Source: a virus (lineage: Duplodnaviria; Caudoviricetes). From it: 47,190 bases of DNA. The stretch covers positions 1 through 47,190 of the IMG/VR virus record IMGVR_UViG_3300012348_000256. One strand, 5' to 3'. A program made the position numbers and the translations under genes. Shown piece by piece: positions 36,042 through 45,052 of this stretch (position 1 is its first letter; every line of letters starts with the position of its first letter). The notes beneath the pieces were generated by a model. It was not told the origin of the DNA, did no database searches, and saw only the letters and a list, made by a program, of their open reading frames with translations.

Positions 36042-36668
36042 ATGGCAAAGCCATTTGCAAAAAGAACCCTGAAGGTGATGGACCACTTTCGCACACACCC
36101 TGACGCGCCTGTTCTTGAGGTAGCAGCCAAGTACAACATGTCAATGTCTCAGACCTACGCCCTTCGTAAAAGGGTCAGGGGTCAGGAGGCCATAAAGGCC
36201 TCTCGTCCAATAGTCAATCCTGAGATAACCATGGAGCCAGAAGCACCAAAACCTACTGGCCGCAAGATCACTCTACACGCAGGCCAAGTGGCCATTGCAA
36301 AAGCCCTGAATGTGCCCTTAGAGCAGTACGTCAAAGAAGGCCTGGCACAAGGCGTTCTGAAGTATGACGATGAGATAGCCATGGAGCCCGATGAGACGGA
36401 CGTGGACCAGGTCCTCGATTCGCGGGCCAAGGACTACGGCAAGTTCATCGAAGGCGCAGAGATCATGCAAATGCTCAAGCGCTTGGTGCACAACTACATC
36501 GAGGACCGCGGCACGCCGTTGGCTTTTGATCAGCGCGAAGCAATCGACATGATCATCCATAAGCTGGGCCGCATCATCAATGGCAACCCGGACAAAGTGG
36601 ACCACTGGGTCGATGTTGCCGGATATAGTACTTTAGTTGCAGATAGGTTGCGGGGGAATGCACGATGA
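36042..36668 (+). CDS. HTH + scaffold-like motif + DUF6378-like domain protein
   Basis: SD AAGGAG; C-terminal L..RAKDYGKF...EAIDMI.HKLGRIINGNP...DHWVDVAGY. Confidence 0.7.
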   Translation: MAKPFAKRTLKVMDHFRTHPDAPVLEVAAKYNMSMSQTYALRKRVRGQEAIKASRPIVNPEITMEPEAPKPTGRKITLHAGQVAIAKALNVPLEQYVKEGLAQGVLKYDDEIAMEPDETDVDQVLDSRAKDYGKFIEGAEIMQMLKRLVHNYIEDRGTPLAFDQREAIDMIIHKLGRIINGNPDKVDHWVDVAGYSTLVADRLRGNAR

Positions 36669-37045
36669 ACCACGACCAATTGGCAAGGGGCTACGACCCC
36701 AGGGGCCGGATTGAGGAAGGCTACGCCTACAACCCTGCGCAGCAGCAAGAGAAATTCCACCCAAAAGCAATCCTTGGGGCGTCAGTTGAACAGCGCCAGC
36801 AAGGCGGCGTGACCCGCGAGGTGCAACAGCTGGAGAAGAACCTTCATATTCTTGCAACAGTCCTTGACACCCTGGAAAATCGTTTAGCGTCCGCCTGCAT
36901 CCCTGCGCCAGAGAACCTGGCATCGGGCTTGCGCTCAACAGATGGAGGGGGCTGCTCGCTGGCCAACCAGCTTGCCGGGTTCAACACCATGCTGTCTCAC
37001 CAAATCACCCGAATTGAAATGCTCTACCAAGGAGTCGACTTATGA
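36665..37045 (+). CDS. hypothetical coiled-coil protein
   Basis: ATGA coupling. Confidence 0.55.
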   Translation: MNHDQLARGYDPRGRIEEGYAYNPAQQQEKFHPKAILGASVEQRQQGGVTREVQQLEKNLHILATVLDTLENRLASACIPAPENLASGLRSTDGGGCSLANQLAGFNTMLSHQITRIEMLYQGVDL

Positions 37046-37209
37046 GCGATACCGCAGGCCTTGTTTTAGTCATCTGGGTCCTCGCTGCGTGGATGACGCA
37101 CGTGGTGGTTTCCATCCAAACAGCGAAGTGGTTGCTGTTGTTGGTCGGGGCCATCTTCTTCCCTGTGGGCTGCGTGCACGGCACGGGCATCTGGTTTGGG
37201 GTGTTCTGA
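37042..37209 (+). CDS. small membrane protein
   Basis: Read manually: AAWMTHVV...LLVGAIFFPVGCVHGTGIWFG. Confidence 0.55.
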   Translation: MSDTAGLVLVIWVLAAWMTHVVVSIQTAKWLLLLVGAIFFPVGCVHGTGIWFGVF

Positions 37210-37499
37210 TGAACACGACGCGCATCAAACCGGAAGAAGCGCGGGCCAAGGTCCTCGCTGCTTTGCGCGCGCATGACTACAAGGGCAAGACCTCGGAGCT
37301 GGCACAGTGGACGGGCCTACCGTCTTCTGTTGTCCGCCGCGCGGGCTTGTACTTGGCGTCGCACCTGCAAGTGGACGCACAACGAGCAACTGGCGCAGCT
37401 AAGGGGGAGTACCTTTTCACCCTGCGCCAGCTTGATCTGTTCGAAGACCAAAAACCTCCGGCCACGATATGGCAGAAGGTCAAAGGTTGGTTTCGTTAA
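37209..37499 (+). CDS. winged-helix-like hypothetical protein
   Basis: TSELAQWTGLPSSVVRR; last gene before the terminator. Confidence 0.55.
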   Translation: MNTTRIKPEEARAKVLAALRAHDYKGKTSELAQWTGLPSSVVRRAGLYLASHLQVDAQRATGAAKGEYLFTLRQLDLFEDQKPPATIWQKVKGWFR

Positions 37500-37524
37500 A
37501 AAGGGCCCCGCGGGGCCCTTTTTA
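37497..37524. terminator. bidirectional rho-independent terminator
   Basis: AAAAAGGGCCCC-GC-GGGGCCCTTTTT between convergent transcription units. Confidence 0.85.
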
Positions 37525-37530
37525 TTTATT

Positions 37531-37608
37531 TGGTCTGGGTGGCAGGATTTGAACCTGCGGCCTCCGCCTTCCAAGGGCGGCCGTCTACCGGGCTGACATT
37601 ACACCCAG
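37531..37608 (-). tRNA. tRNA-Pro(UGG)
   Basis: Acceptor stem CTGGGTG/CACCCAG, A73 and encoded CCA; anticodon arm CCGCC-CTTGGAA-GGCGG; T arm GCAGG-TTCAAAT-CCTGC. Confidence 0.92.
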
Positions 37609-37659
37609 AGATAGTCGGTCGAGGAAGAAAGATGGCTTTCATGGTGGATGGATTGTATA

Positions 37660-39525
37660 TCACTTCGCTTCGCCCCAACTCGGGCCAACTTCCACGTCAC
37701 ATCGGTTGGGCACTTCCATCTTGACGCATGTCGCCATGATCTGAGCAGCCTGCAGCGCATCGTCCTTGGACAGCACCGACAGGGCCAGCTCATCGTGCAC
37801 TTGCAAGATTGGATCGAAGCCCGCCTTTTTCAGGGCCACCATGGCTGCTTTGGTCTGGTCTGCGGCAGACCCCTGGATCAGACGATTGAGCCCCTTATAG
37901 GTGCCAGCGCGCTTGATCCTGGAGCCGTATTCAATCACCGCCTGTTCACGCGGCAGCGCTTTGTTCACACCCCACTCCATTGGCTCCCAAAGTGGGAACC
38001 GGCACTTGCGTCCGAGCAGCGTGCGGATCGCGCCGCCAGCAGCCGGGTGGTCAATCCGTTTCATCACCGCGTTGACCGTACCCTTGAGGAACGGGACGTT
38101 GTTGTGGAAGCGCGTGATCAGCTCATCAGCCTCCGACAATGCCAAATCCAGCTGTGCAGCGAGCTTGTTCTTGCCCATGCCGTACATCAGGCCCAGGCCA
38201 ATCGTTTTGGCTGCCTTGCGTTTGATCCCGGCCATGTCCGCCACCATCTGGTGGAAGTCGGTGTTGGGATCGTTGTTGTAGGCGTCGACCATGGTGTCGG
38301 CCCCGGGCAGGCCCAGGAGGCTTGCGTAGTGCACCAAGAGCCGCGGTTCTTGGGACGAGAAGTCATTTGATGCCCACATGTGCCCCTGCTCTGGCAAGAA
38401 CAAACCACGCACCATCGGGCCAATGATCTCGTGCCGAGCGGGGACCTGCTGCAAGTTGGGGTTGGCCATGGACAGACGTCCTGTGACCGTGCCGCCGTCA
38501 TCCGAGCGCATCTGGTTGACGTGGGGGTGGATGCGTCCTGTCTTGGCACTGAAGTCCATGTACGGCTGCAGAAACGTGCTGTGCGTCTTGTTGGTCTCGC
38601 GCGCCTCGATGATCATCTTGGCCAGCGGGTGTTCGTGGTTGTCCAGGAACTGCTTGGTGAAGCTCGGCAGGCCGTTCTCGGTCTTGCTGTACTGAATGCC
38701 CAGACGGTCGAAGGCGTGGGCAATGGACTGCGCAGCCCAGATGTCAATCTTGACACCGGCTTGCTCCTTCATCTCTTTGAGCAACTGCTGCTCACGCACC
38801 TTCATGCGGTCAATCATCAGGCCGCACTTCTCTCTGTCAAAGCGGATGCCCTTGCGGGTCATCTCCAGCAGCACAGGGAACACATCGGTCTCGACACCGA
38901 AGATGGATTCGACTTCATCCTGGCGCATCTTGATCTTGAAGTGCTGCCAGAGCTTGAGGGTCAGCGCCGCGTCCTGCTCCGCATACTCACCAACGTACAT
39001 CGCCGGGAGCTTCCAGAGCTCCTTTTTAGGATGGACACCGAAATCGGCTGCGGCCTGCTTGAGGCCCTGCTCGCTCTTAATCTCTTGGAGGTAATCGAAG
39101 CCTAGCGCATTGAGACTAAAGCTGAAGCGATTTTCGTCAAGCAATGGGGCGGCGAGCATGGTGTCCATGATCCGGCCATTGACGGTAAACCCAGAGGCCA
39201 TAAGCCAGCCAATGTCGTAAGCGGCGTTATGGCAAACTTTGTCAGCGTTGGTAGATAGGATATCGGCAATCCATCGTTCCACTCGGCGCTTATCCAGGTT
39301 TCCGCCTCCGGCATGTGCGACAGGGTAATAGCCTGACCACCCGTCGACTGCCACAGCATACCCGACGATGAAACCATCACCACGCGGCCATCCAGGTCCA
39401 AAGGATTCAAGGTTTGGGTCACAAGTTTCGAGGTCAATTGCTATCTCCTTGGCTGTGGATAAATTGGGGAAGGTTTCTGGGGCGACCCACTCTGTGGGGG
39501 TCGGGAAAAGTGGCATGGTTCTCAT
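37660..39525 (-). CDS. polA: family A DNA polymerase (3'-5' exonuclease + polymerase)
   Basis: DLET exo I, HNAAYD, YAEQD, TGRLS..PNLQQ, DFSSQEPR, KTIGLGLMYG, QGSAAD, VHDEL. Confidence 0.95.
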   Translation of the reverse strand: MRTMPLFPTPTEWVAPETFPNLSTAKEIAIDLETCDPNLESFGPGWPRGDGFIVGYAVAVDGWSGYYPVAHAGGGNLDKRRVERWIADILSTNADKVCHNAAYDIGWLMASGFTVNGRIMDTMLAAPLLDENRFSFSLNALGFDYLQEIKSEQGLKQAAADFGVHPKKELWKLPAMYVGEYAEQDAALTLKLWQHFKIKMRQDEVESIFGVETDVFPVLLEMTRKGIRFDREKCGLMIDRMKVREQQLLKEMKEQAGVKIDIWAAQSIAHAFDRLGIQYSKTENGLPSFTKQFLDNHEHPLAKMIIEARETNKTHSTFLQPYMDFSAKTGRIHPHVNQMRSDDGGTVTGRLSMANPNLQQVPARHEIIGPMVRGLFLPEQGHMWASNDFSSQEPRLLVHYASLLGLPGADTMVDAYNNDPNTDFHQMVADMAGIKRKAAKTIGLGLMYGMGKNKLAAQLDLALSEADELITRFHNNVPFLKGTVNAVMKRIDHPAAGGAIRTLLGRKCRFPLWEPMEWGVNKALPREQAVIEYGSRIKRAGTYKGLNRLIQGSAADQTKAAMVALKKAGFDPILQVHDELALSVLSKDDALQAAQIMATCVKMEVPNRCDVEVGPSWGEAK

Positions 39526-41060
39526 AGCATGAAGCCTTTATCTTGAAACTTGGGAAGCACTAAGTGCAATGATTTCTTCGCGCGGGTAATGCCCACATAG
39601 AACAGGCGGTTCACGTTGTCCCCGTTCTTCTGGAATTCTTTGGCGAACTTTGTGGAGATGTCCATGAGCAACAAGACGTTGTCCGCCTCCCCGCCCTTGG
39701 CTCCGTGGATTGTGGATAACTTGACCCGGTTGCCATCCGTGAGTTTGCCGCCGCGGCGCAGCACAGAGATCAGATACTCGCGCTTGTCGTTGGCGATCTT
39801 GCCCAGGGCCTCGTGCCAGATGGGCGTGGCCAGCAGGCCAAAGTTGGCTTGCAACTGGTCGATGGTGTGCAGCTCATTGCGATCGCCCTTGAAGGTCCGC
39901 GAGCCTCGGGCCACGATCTCTGAATCGAGATACCGGTAGACGTTGGAGATGTCCTCGCCGATCACTGGGTGGCCCTTGCGCAGGCGCTCCCAACTGACCA
40001 CGGCTTTCAGGATGGTTGGTCCCACGCTAGGAACACCGCTGCGGTCAAACAGGATGCCCTTGGCTTTGAGCCACTCGCCCACTGGGTTGAGCAGGTAGTT
40101 GGTGCTGGCCATGATGAGCCACTGGCCGTCATCCACGGGCACGTCTTCAAAGCGGCGGTAGGTCAGGACCCGGCCCTCGAAGTCGCGTGGCCTCCACACC
40201 TTTTCTTGGCGCTCACGGATGCGGGTGACGATCGTGTTGGCCAAGTGGTGCACGGTGCTCGGAACGCGGTACGACTGCTGCAGCACCTTGATCGTGCCTT
40301 GGAAAGACAGGAAGCTCTTGACGTCTGCGCCTGCCCATGTGAACACCGCCTGATCGTCGTCGCCTGCAAGGTACACACGCTTGGCTTTGGAGGCCAATGC
40401 TTCGACCAGTTGCCACTGCAATCGAGATAAATCCTGCGCTTCGTCCACGATTAGAACCTCCAGTGAGGGTAATTGCTCGTGTTGGGTGACCACCATCTCC
40501 AAGAGGTCGGTGAAGTCCAGCAGGTCCTTGCTGCGCTTGAAGTGGCGGTAGGTGCGCTCGACAAACTCAAAGTGGAACCACTCGATGTCCAGCCCTGAAT
40601 CGTTGTAGTGCTGGCGCAGGTCCACGCCGCGGATGCGGGCGAGGTTGATCTCGTTGAGGATGGGATTGTCGGGCTTGGACAGGTCTGTGTCGTCGTCCGC
40701 GTTGATCTTGATTTCGATGCCAGCTTGCGCTGCGAACTCGCGGTAGTGCTCTGCCTGCATGACCAGATTAGGCTTGACGGCCAGGACATGGTAGGCGAGG
40801 CTGTGCAGTGTGCGGAAGAACGGGAAGTCGGTCTTGGCGTGCAGATGCGGGAACTTGATCAGCGCACGGTCGCGCGCTTCGTTGGCAGCCTTTCTGGTGA
40901 AAGAAAAGTAGCCAATCCTTCCAGAGGAAACCCCGGACTCCAGTTCCCGGTCCACGACGTTGAGCAAGTAGGTTGTTTTTCCGGAGCCTAGCTACGGAGG
41001 GCCGAAGACTTTTTCAATCTTCGGCCCGAACTCCTCATGTTGGTGTTGGTAATTTGCCAT
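39522..41060 (-). CDS. UvrD/Rep-like SF1 helicase; Walker A interrupted by in-frame TAG at 40992-40994
   Basis: IEKVFGPP*LGSGKTT, FSFTRKAA, RTLHS, VDEAQD, AGDDDQA, QSYR, STIHGAKGGE, FYVGITRAK. The ORF-track start at 40967 lacks Walker A; the true start is uncertain. Confidence 0.8.
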
Positions 41061-41445
41061 GCCAGCGAATGTGATTGTGTAGGGTTAGGTGTTGGGACTG
41101 CGTCATCACTTCCAAATTGGAGTGATCGTTATTCCACTTATTGCCGTCCTTGTGGTGGACGATCTCCCCTGGTTCCAAAGGCCTGCCAAGCATCTTTTCC
41201 GCCTCAACGCGGTGCATATGCCTGCCTTTGTACTTGACGTAGTTCTCAGTGCTCCCCGAATAGCGAAGTGCATCGGGGTCCCGGAACGATGCCCGCCGAA
41301 CCTGCTCTTCAGGGGAGAGGAGGCGGGAGTTGTGGCCATTGATAAACCGCAGCGGTTGGCCTTTAACCTGGCCTCGCTTGCTTCGTGTTCGAGTTGCAAT
41401 AGGGGTAGGCTCCCCGCATCCGCACTCGCAGAGTTTTTCCAGCAT
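41035..41445 (-). CDS. HNH homing endonuclease
   Basis: CECGCG N-terminus; HR..AEKMLGRPL.PGEIVHHKDGNKWNN.HSNLEVM. Confidence 0.9.
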   Translation of the reverse strand: MLEKLCECGCGEPTPIATRTRSKRGQVKGQPLRFINGHNSRLLSPEEQVRRASFRDPDALRYSGSTENYVKYKGRHMHRVEAEKMLGRPLEPGEIVHHKDGNKWNNDHSNLEVMTQSQHLTLHNHIRWHGKLPTPT

Positions 41446-41550
41446 TTGAGTGTCCCTTCAGACTCGCCCTTTAAGGAAGTAGGCCAGGCAGAAAGGGAAA
41501 CTGCTTTTCGCTCCGTCGAGCTAGGCCAACAGCCTGCAGTGTACACCTTT

Positions 41551-41808
41551 TCAATGTTCGGTGTCATGGTCCGTCACTCTATACATGTCGTTGGGCCAGA
41601 CAAGGATCGGTGTGTCTATTCCGATGTACGCGCCCTCGATGTTGAACTCGATGAACTCGCGTGCATCCTCAAACGTCATGCCATCACGCGACATCAAGAT
41701 GTTGCGGATCACCTCAGCGTTGTAGACCAGCACTTCGGTCTGGCCCTTCTTGTTCCAGACCATGGCTGGGCCAATGATGGCCTCGTCTAAATCGTCCCAC
41801 TTTTTCAT
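41551..41808 (-). CDS. conserved small phage protein
   Basis: DEAIIG...DGMTFEDAREFIEFNIEGAY.G..TP. Confidence 0.7.
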   Translation of the reverse strand: MKKWDDLDEAIIGPAMVWNKKGQTEVLVYNAEVIRNILMSRDGMTFEDAREFIEFNIEGAYIGIDTPILVWPNDMYRVTDHDTEH

Positions 41809-42128
41809 GTCTGCCTCTCCGGTAAATGTGCGTGGGCTACCAACGTGGTTATCTGGCCAGGGGTGTTTCGAAACACCACTACGGCATGCGCGCCCTCGGC
41901 AGTATCAATGCCAATTGTGTACTCTGCCTTTGAGAAGGCCATGCGTTGTCCTGCTTCCACCCCTGCGGCATATCCCTCTTGCCAAGACATAAAGGACTGC
42001 GGCGGGTGGTTGGCAATCACAAGAGCGGCAAAGCGCTCAAGGTACTTGTACTCGCTGAACTCGAACCGATGCTCATCGTCCCTTACTCCCGCCTGCCTCG
42101 CTATACGGATAGTGTCTTCTTTGTTCAA
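41805..42128 (-). CDS. hypothetical protein
   Basis: IRIARQAG...LERFAALV module. Confidence 0.55.
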   Translation of the reverse strand: MNKEDTIRIARQAGVRDDEHRFEFSEYKYLERFAALVIANHPPQSFMSWQEGYAAGVEAGQRMAFSKAEYTIGIDTAEGAHAVVVFRNTPGQITTLVAHAHLPERQT

Positions 42129-43657
42129 AATGGACTCCCTTCGGTGCGTTGGGTTTGTGTATCGAACGGAGCTTCTTGTTTGCCGAAGCGCGGGATGCGC
42201 CAGCAGCGCACAGCGCGGCCCTTGAGAAACAGGCTGATGGGCTCACCACCGATGTCGCGCAGGCGCTGAGCCATCTTGGGTGCGGTCAGGGCTTTGAAGT
42301 TGTTGCGCAGCAGGTGCGCGTCCATGTCCTTCATGCGGAAGTAGGTCTTGCCCTCGTCCTCGTCTGTCCATGGGCGGCCCATGAGCATCTCTTCGCGGGC
42401 CAAGGCCTGTTGCATGTGGGTCGTGAACTCTTCAAGCAGGTCCATGAACCGACCGATGACGCTGGTGTCCTCGGAGGCCACGGTGATCTGCTCGGTCTCC
42501 ACCATCTCTTTGAGCAAAGCGTTGAGCAGGTTTTCCCAGTCAACCTTGCGCAGCGTAGGCGGCACGGTGTTGATTTTCTCAAGGCACGCCTTCTGGAAGG
42601 CAGCTTGGTTGTAGAGCATCTCTGTCTCGAGCTCTACACGCTTGCCGTTGACGTCCAGGAACCACAGTGGTGGGTCGCTGGCGTACTTGGACAAGCTGGC
42701 TATCTGAGCCGCATCAGGAGCATGGGCTCCAATGCCGAACTTGCGCGAACGACAGAGCCCCGAGTTACAAAAGCTGTTGAGAGGGGAGTCCTTGCACTTG
42801 TACTGGTAGTCCTTCTTGCCAGCTTGCTTGATGATGATCTGGACTTCGTTATTTGGCAAAGGCGGCGCGACATACTTGAGGTTGTACTCAACCATCTTGT
42901 CTTCCCATCCGCTTGGAAAAGCCCGCTTAAGATAGACCCCAATGTTGAATAGCCCATTATTGCGGGTGCCCTCCGGAAACCCTTGCGCACAAAGAGCCTG
43001 TAAGCAAGGCGGGCCGTCTTTGATGGGGCTCTCCGCTTGTTTAGGCGGCTCAGGGAAATTGAGTGGCGTGTCCTGGACGTTGGCTGCGTGGAGCGCATAG
43101 AACTCCTCAAGGGTCGCCGCAGAACCGTCGGCATTGAATGCATACCGCGTACCTGAGTCTCCACCGAAGTACGGCAGGTTGAGGAAGTTGCCGGTGTCTC
43201 CTCGGTCCACGAGAATCTCTGCCTGCTTTGGGAATATCTCCCGGCCTGCCTCGCCAAGGAGAGCAGCAGCGTTCTTGAGATACGTCTGGTAGTCACGAGC
43301 AGGCGCAGGCGTTTTTGTAAATAGGAATACATGTGCACCTCCTGATTTGCTGCGGCACACAACGAGCGGCAGCTTCAATTGTTGGATTTTCTCAACCAGG
43401 CCTTTATGGTCGAGCGGATACTGATCAATGTCGATGCAGCCCCAGATGCAAGTGTTGTCAGCACGAATCGGAATAATCCCAAGGGACGGATCAACCCCCT
43501 CAAAATGCTGGACCCATAAATCGTCAGTAGGTGGCTTACGAACCACCGTGGCTTGTCCTGCCTGCTTTCCATCGCCTCGCTCCGATTTAATTCTGTACGT
43601 GCCATAAGCGATGTCGAGCCCGCTGAAGATGGCTTTGAATCTGGTTATATCTGTCAT
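42125..43657 (-). CDS. AEP-superfamily primase with PriCT-like domain
   Basis: WGCIDID, CRSKSGGAH, EIFPKQ, GNFLNLPY, PPCL, EGTRNNGLF. Confidence 0.8.
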   Translation of the reverse strand: MTDITRFKAIFSGLDIAYGTYRIKSERGDGKQAGQATVVRKPPTDDLWVQHFEGVDPSLGIIPIRADNTCIWGCIDIDQYPLDHKGLVEKIQQLKLPLVVCRSKSGGAHVFLFTKTPAPARDYQTYLKNAAALLGEAGREIFPKQAEILVDRGDTGNFLNLPYFGGDSGTRYAFNADGSAATLEEFYALHAANVQDTPLNFPEPPKQAESPIKDGPPCLQALCAQGFPEGTRNNGLFNIGVYLKRAFPSGWEDKMVEYNLKYVAPPLPNNEVQIIIKQAGKKDYQYKCKDSPLNSFCNSGLCRSRKFGIGAHAPDAAQIASLSKYASDPPLWFLDVNGKRVELETEMLYNQAAFQKACLEKINTVPPTLRKVDWENLLNALLKEMVETEQITVASEDTSVIGRFMDLLEEFTTHMQQALAREEMLMGRPWTDEDEGKTYFRMKDMDAHLLRNNFKALTAPKMAQRLRDIGGEPISLFLKGRAVRCWRIPRFGKQEAPFDTQTQRTEGSPF

Positions 43658-43705
43658 ACGACTCTCTATGGAAGGCGGGGCCGCCGCGAGCAGCGGCCCC
43701 TAAAC

Positions 43706-44482
43706 TCAGAATGGTGCAGCGCCTGTATCAGCAGCGCCTTCAGCGTGCTCGTGCTTGACCTTCACATCACCGGCACTGACCTGTGATGCAAATGCCTTTG
43801 CAGCAGCGTAGACATTCTTGTCTTCCACAGCACCGACCTTCTCGATCTCCCAACCAAACCACTTGCCCTTGTCGTTCGACTCGGCTTGTGTTGTCAGGCG
43901 ATATACGTGGCTGTACATGGGAGGCGTGAACGGACCGTTCTTGCCCATCAACTTTGTCGACATCAACATGCTGTTCCACTTGCGGCTCTTCTTGAGCTGG
44001 GTGGACTTCATAGTGATGAGCGCTGGCTCAGGGATGCCTGCATCGTTGATGACCATCACGTAGTGGTTGGCCGTGTTCTCGATGTAGTTGCCGTTGTCCA
44101 GGTAGTCTTTGTTGTCGCCCGGTTCGCGGTGCGTGCGGCTCAAGATGTCAGACGTGGCTGGATACACAGAGATGGGAGCGCCGCTGCCGGAGCCGCGTGG
44201 TGCCCATTCGATGTATTGGCGCACATAGGCCACTGGGATGACGCTGATGCCATCCTTGCCGTTGTACAGCTCACCGGTGACGGTGTTCATGATCATGCCG
44301 GGCATGGCCCCATCCATCACACCCACTTCTGGGCTGGTGTTGGTCAACAGGCGAAGGAACGGAAGCGCAAAGTCTTCCTGGCCCATGCCGTCGAAGCCAC
44401 TGTTGGCATCATCTTCAAAGTCGTTACCCAGGGCAACTGCATACTCTTTGTTCTCTTGAACTGCTACTTGATTCTTGCTCAT
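43706..44482 (-). CDS. putative single-stranded DNA-binding protein
   Basis: DFALPFLRLL...YIEWAPR...MKSTQLKKSRKW...NDKGKW; acidic tail ending PF. Confidence 0.6.
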   Translation of the reverse strand: MSKNQVAVQENKEYAVALGNDFEDDANSGFDGMGQEDFALPFLRLLTNTSPEVGVMDGAMPGMIMNTVTGELYNGKDGISVIPVAYVRQYIEWAPRGSGSGAPISVYPATSDILSRTHREPGDNKDYLDNGNYIENTANHYVMVINDAGIPEPALITMKSTQLKKSRKWNSMLMSTKLMGKNGPFTPPMYSHVYRLTTQAESNDKGKWFGWEIEKVGAVEDKNVYAAAKAFASQVSAGDVKVKHEHAEGAADTGAAPF

Positions 44483-44494
44483 GATTGATTTCCT

Positions 44495-45052
44495 TTAGGC
44501 TGATTTAATGGTCGCTTTTTGGCCGATGTATACGCCAAAAAGTTCTGATGGAAACGCGGTACCGCGCTCCGTTTGCTCACGAACCCAGGCCTTGAGAGTC
44601 TGGGGTTCGATCTTCTGCGCTTGCTCCACAGGGTAGCTTTGCTCACGCAGTTGATTCAGTAGGCTCTCGCACAGTTGGTCTTCTCCTCGACCAAACCGCA
44701 CGGAGACCGTGTTCTTGATGATGTCGTCGTAACCGTGCTCACGCAGCCATTCATACGCCTGGGCCCGGTTCTCTTCCTTGATGGATGCAGAGTAAAAGGG
44801 CTTGACAGTAATCTTGCTGCCGTCTGCCATGGTGAAGTCTTTCATGCCCAGCTCATTGAGCATGTTGGGAATGGATTCTTCTTCCAACTTGCGCAATTGT
44901 TCCTTGCGCTCTTTGAGAACAGAGTCAAACTCTTCGATCTCTTTTTCCAGCATCTTGGCGCGTCTGGCCAAAGCTGCAACAGAGGTCAGGTCCTCATCCT
45001 TTACGGTGAGAGCACCTGCGTCCTCTTCAAACATGGTATTTAAATTACTCAT
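44495..45052 (-). CDS. conserved replication-module protein
   Basis: AYEWLREHGYDDIIK...IEPQTLKAWVRE. Confidence 0.65.
   Translation of the reverse strand: MSNLNTMFEEDAGALTVKDEDLTSVAALARRAKMLEKEIEEFDSVLKERKEQLRKLEEESIPNMLNELGMKDFTMADGSKITVKPFYSASIKEENRAQAYEWLREHGYDDIIKNTVSVRFGRGEDQLCESLLNQLREQSYPVEQAQKIEPQTLKAWVREQTERGTAFPSELFGVYIGQKATIKSA

Noticed and set aside
40992-40994. Genome-wide TAG reassignment as the explanation for the helicase stop
   Set aside because: No other conserved gene shows internal TAGs and no suppressor tRNA is visible. Read-through would also leave a 2-residue insertion in Walker A.
40989-41535. Canonical group I or II intron
   Set aside because: Only about 135 nt lies outside the HNH ORF, and I could not identify P7/catalytic core or domain V motifs by eye. 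Kept only as an unclassified element.
41106-41567. 153-aa ORF as an independent protein
   Set aside because: Beyond MTPNIEKV it overlaps the HNH gene in another frame and looks non-coding; treated as the duplicated helicase start.
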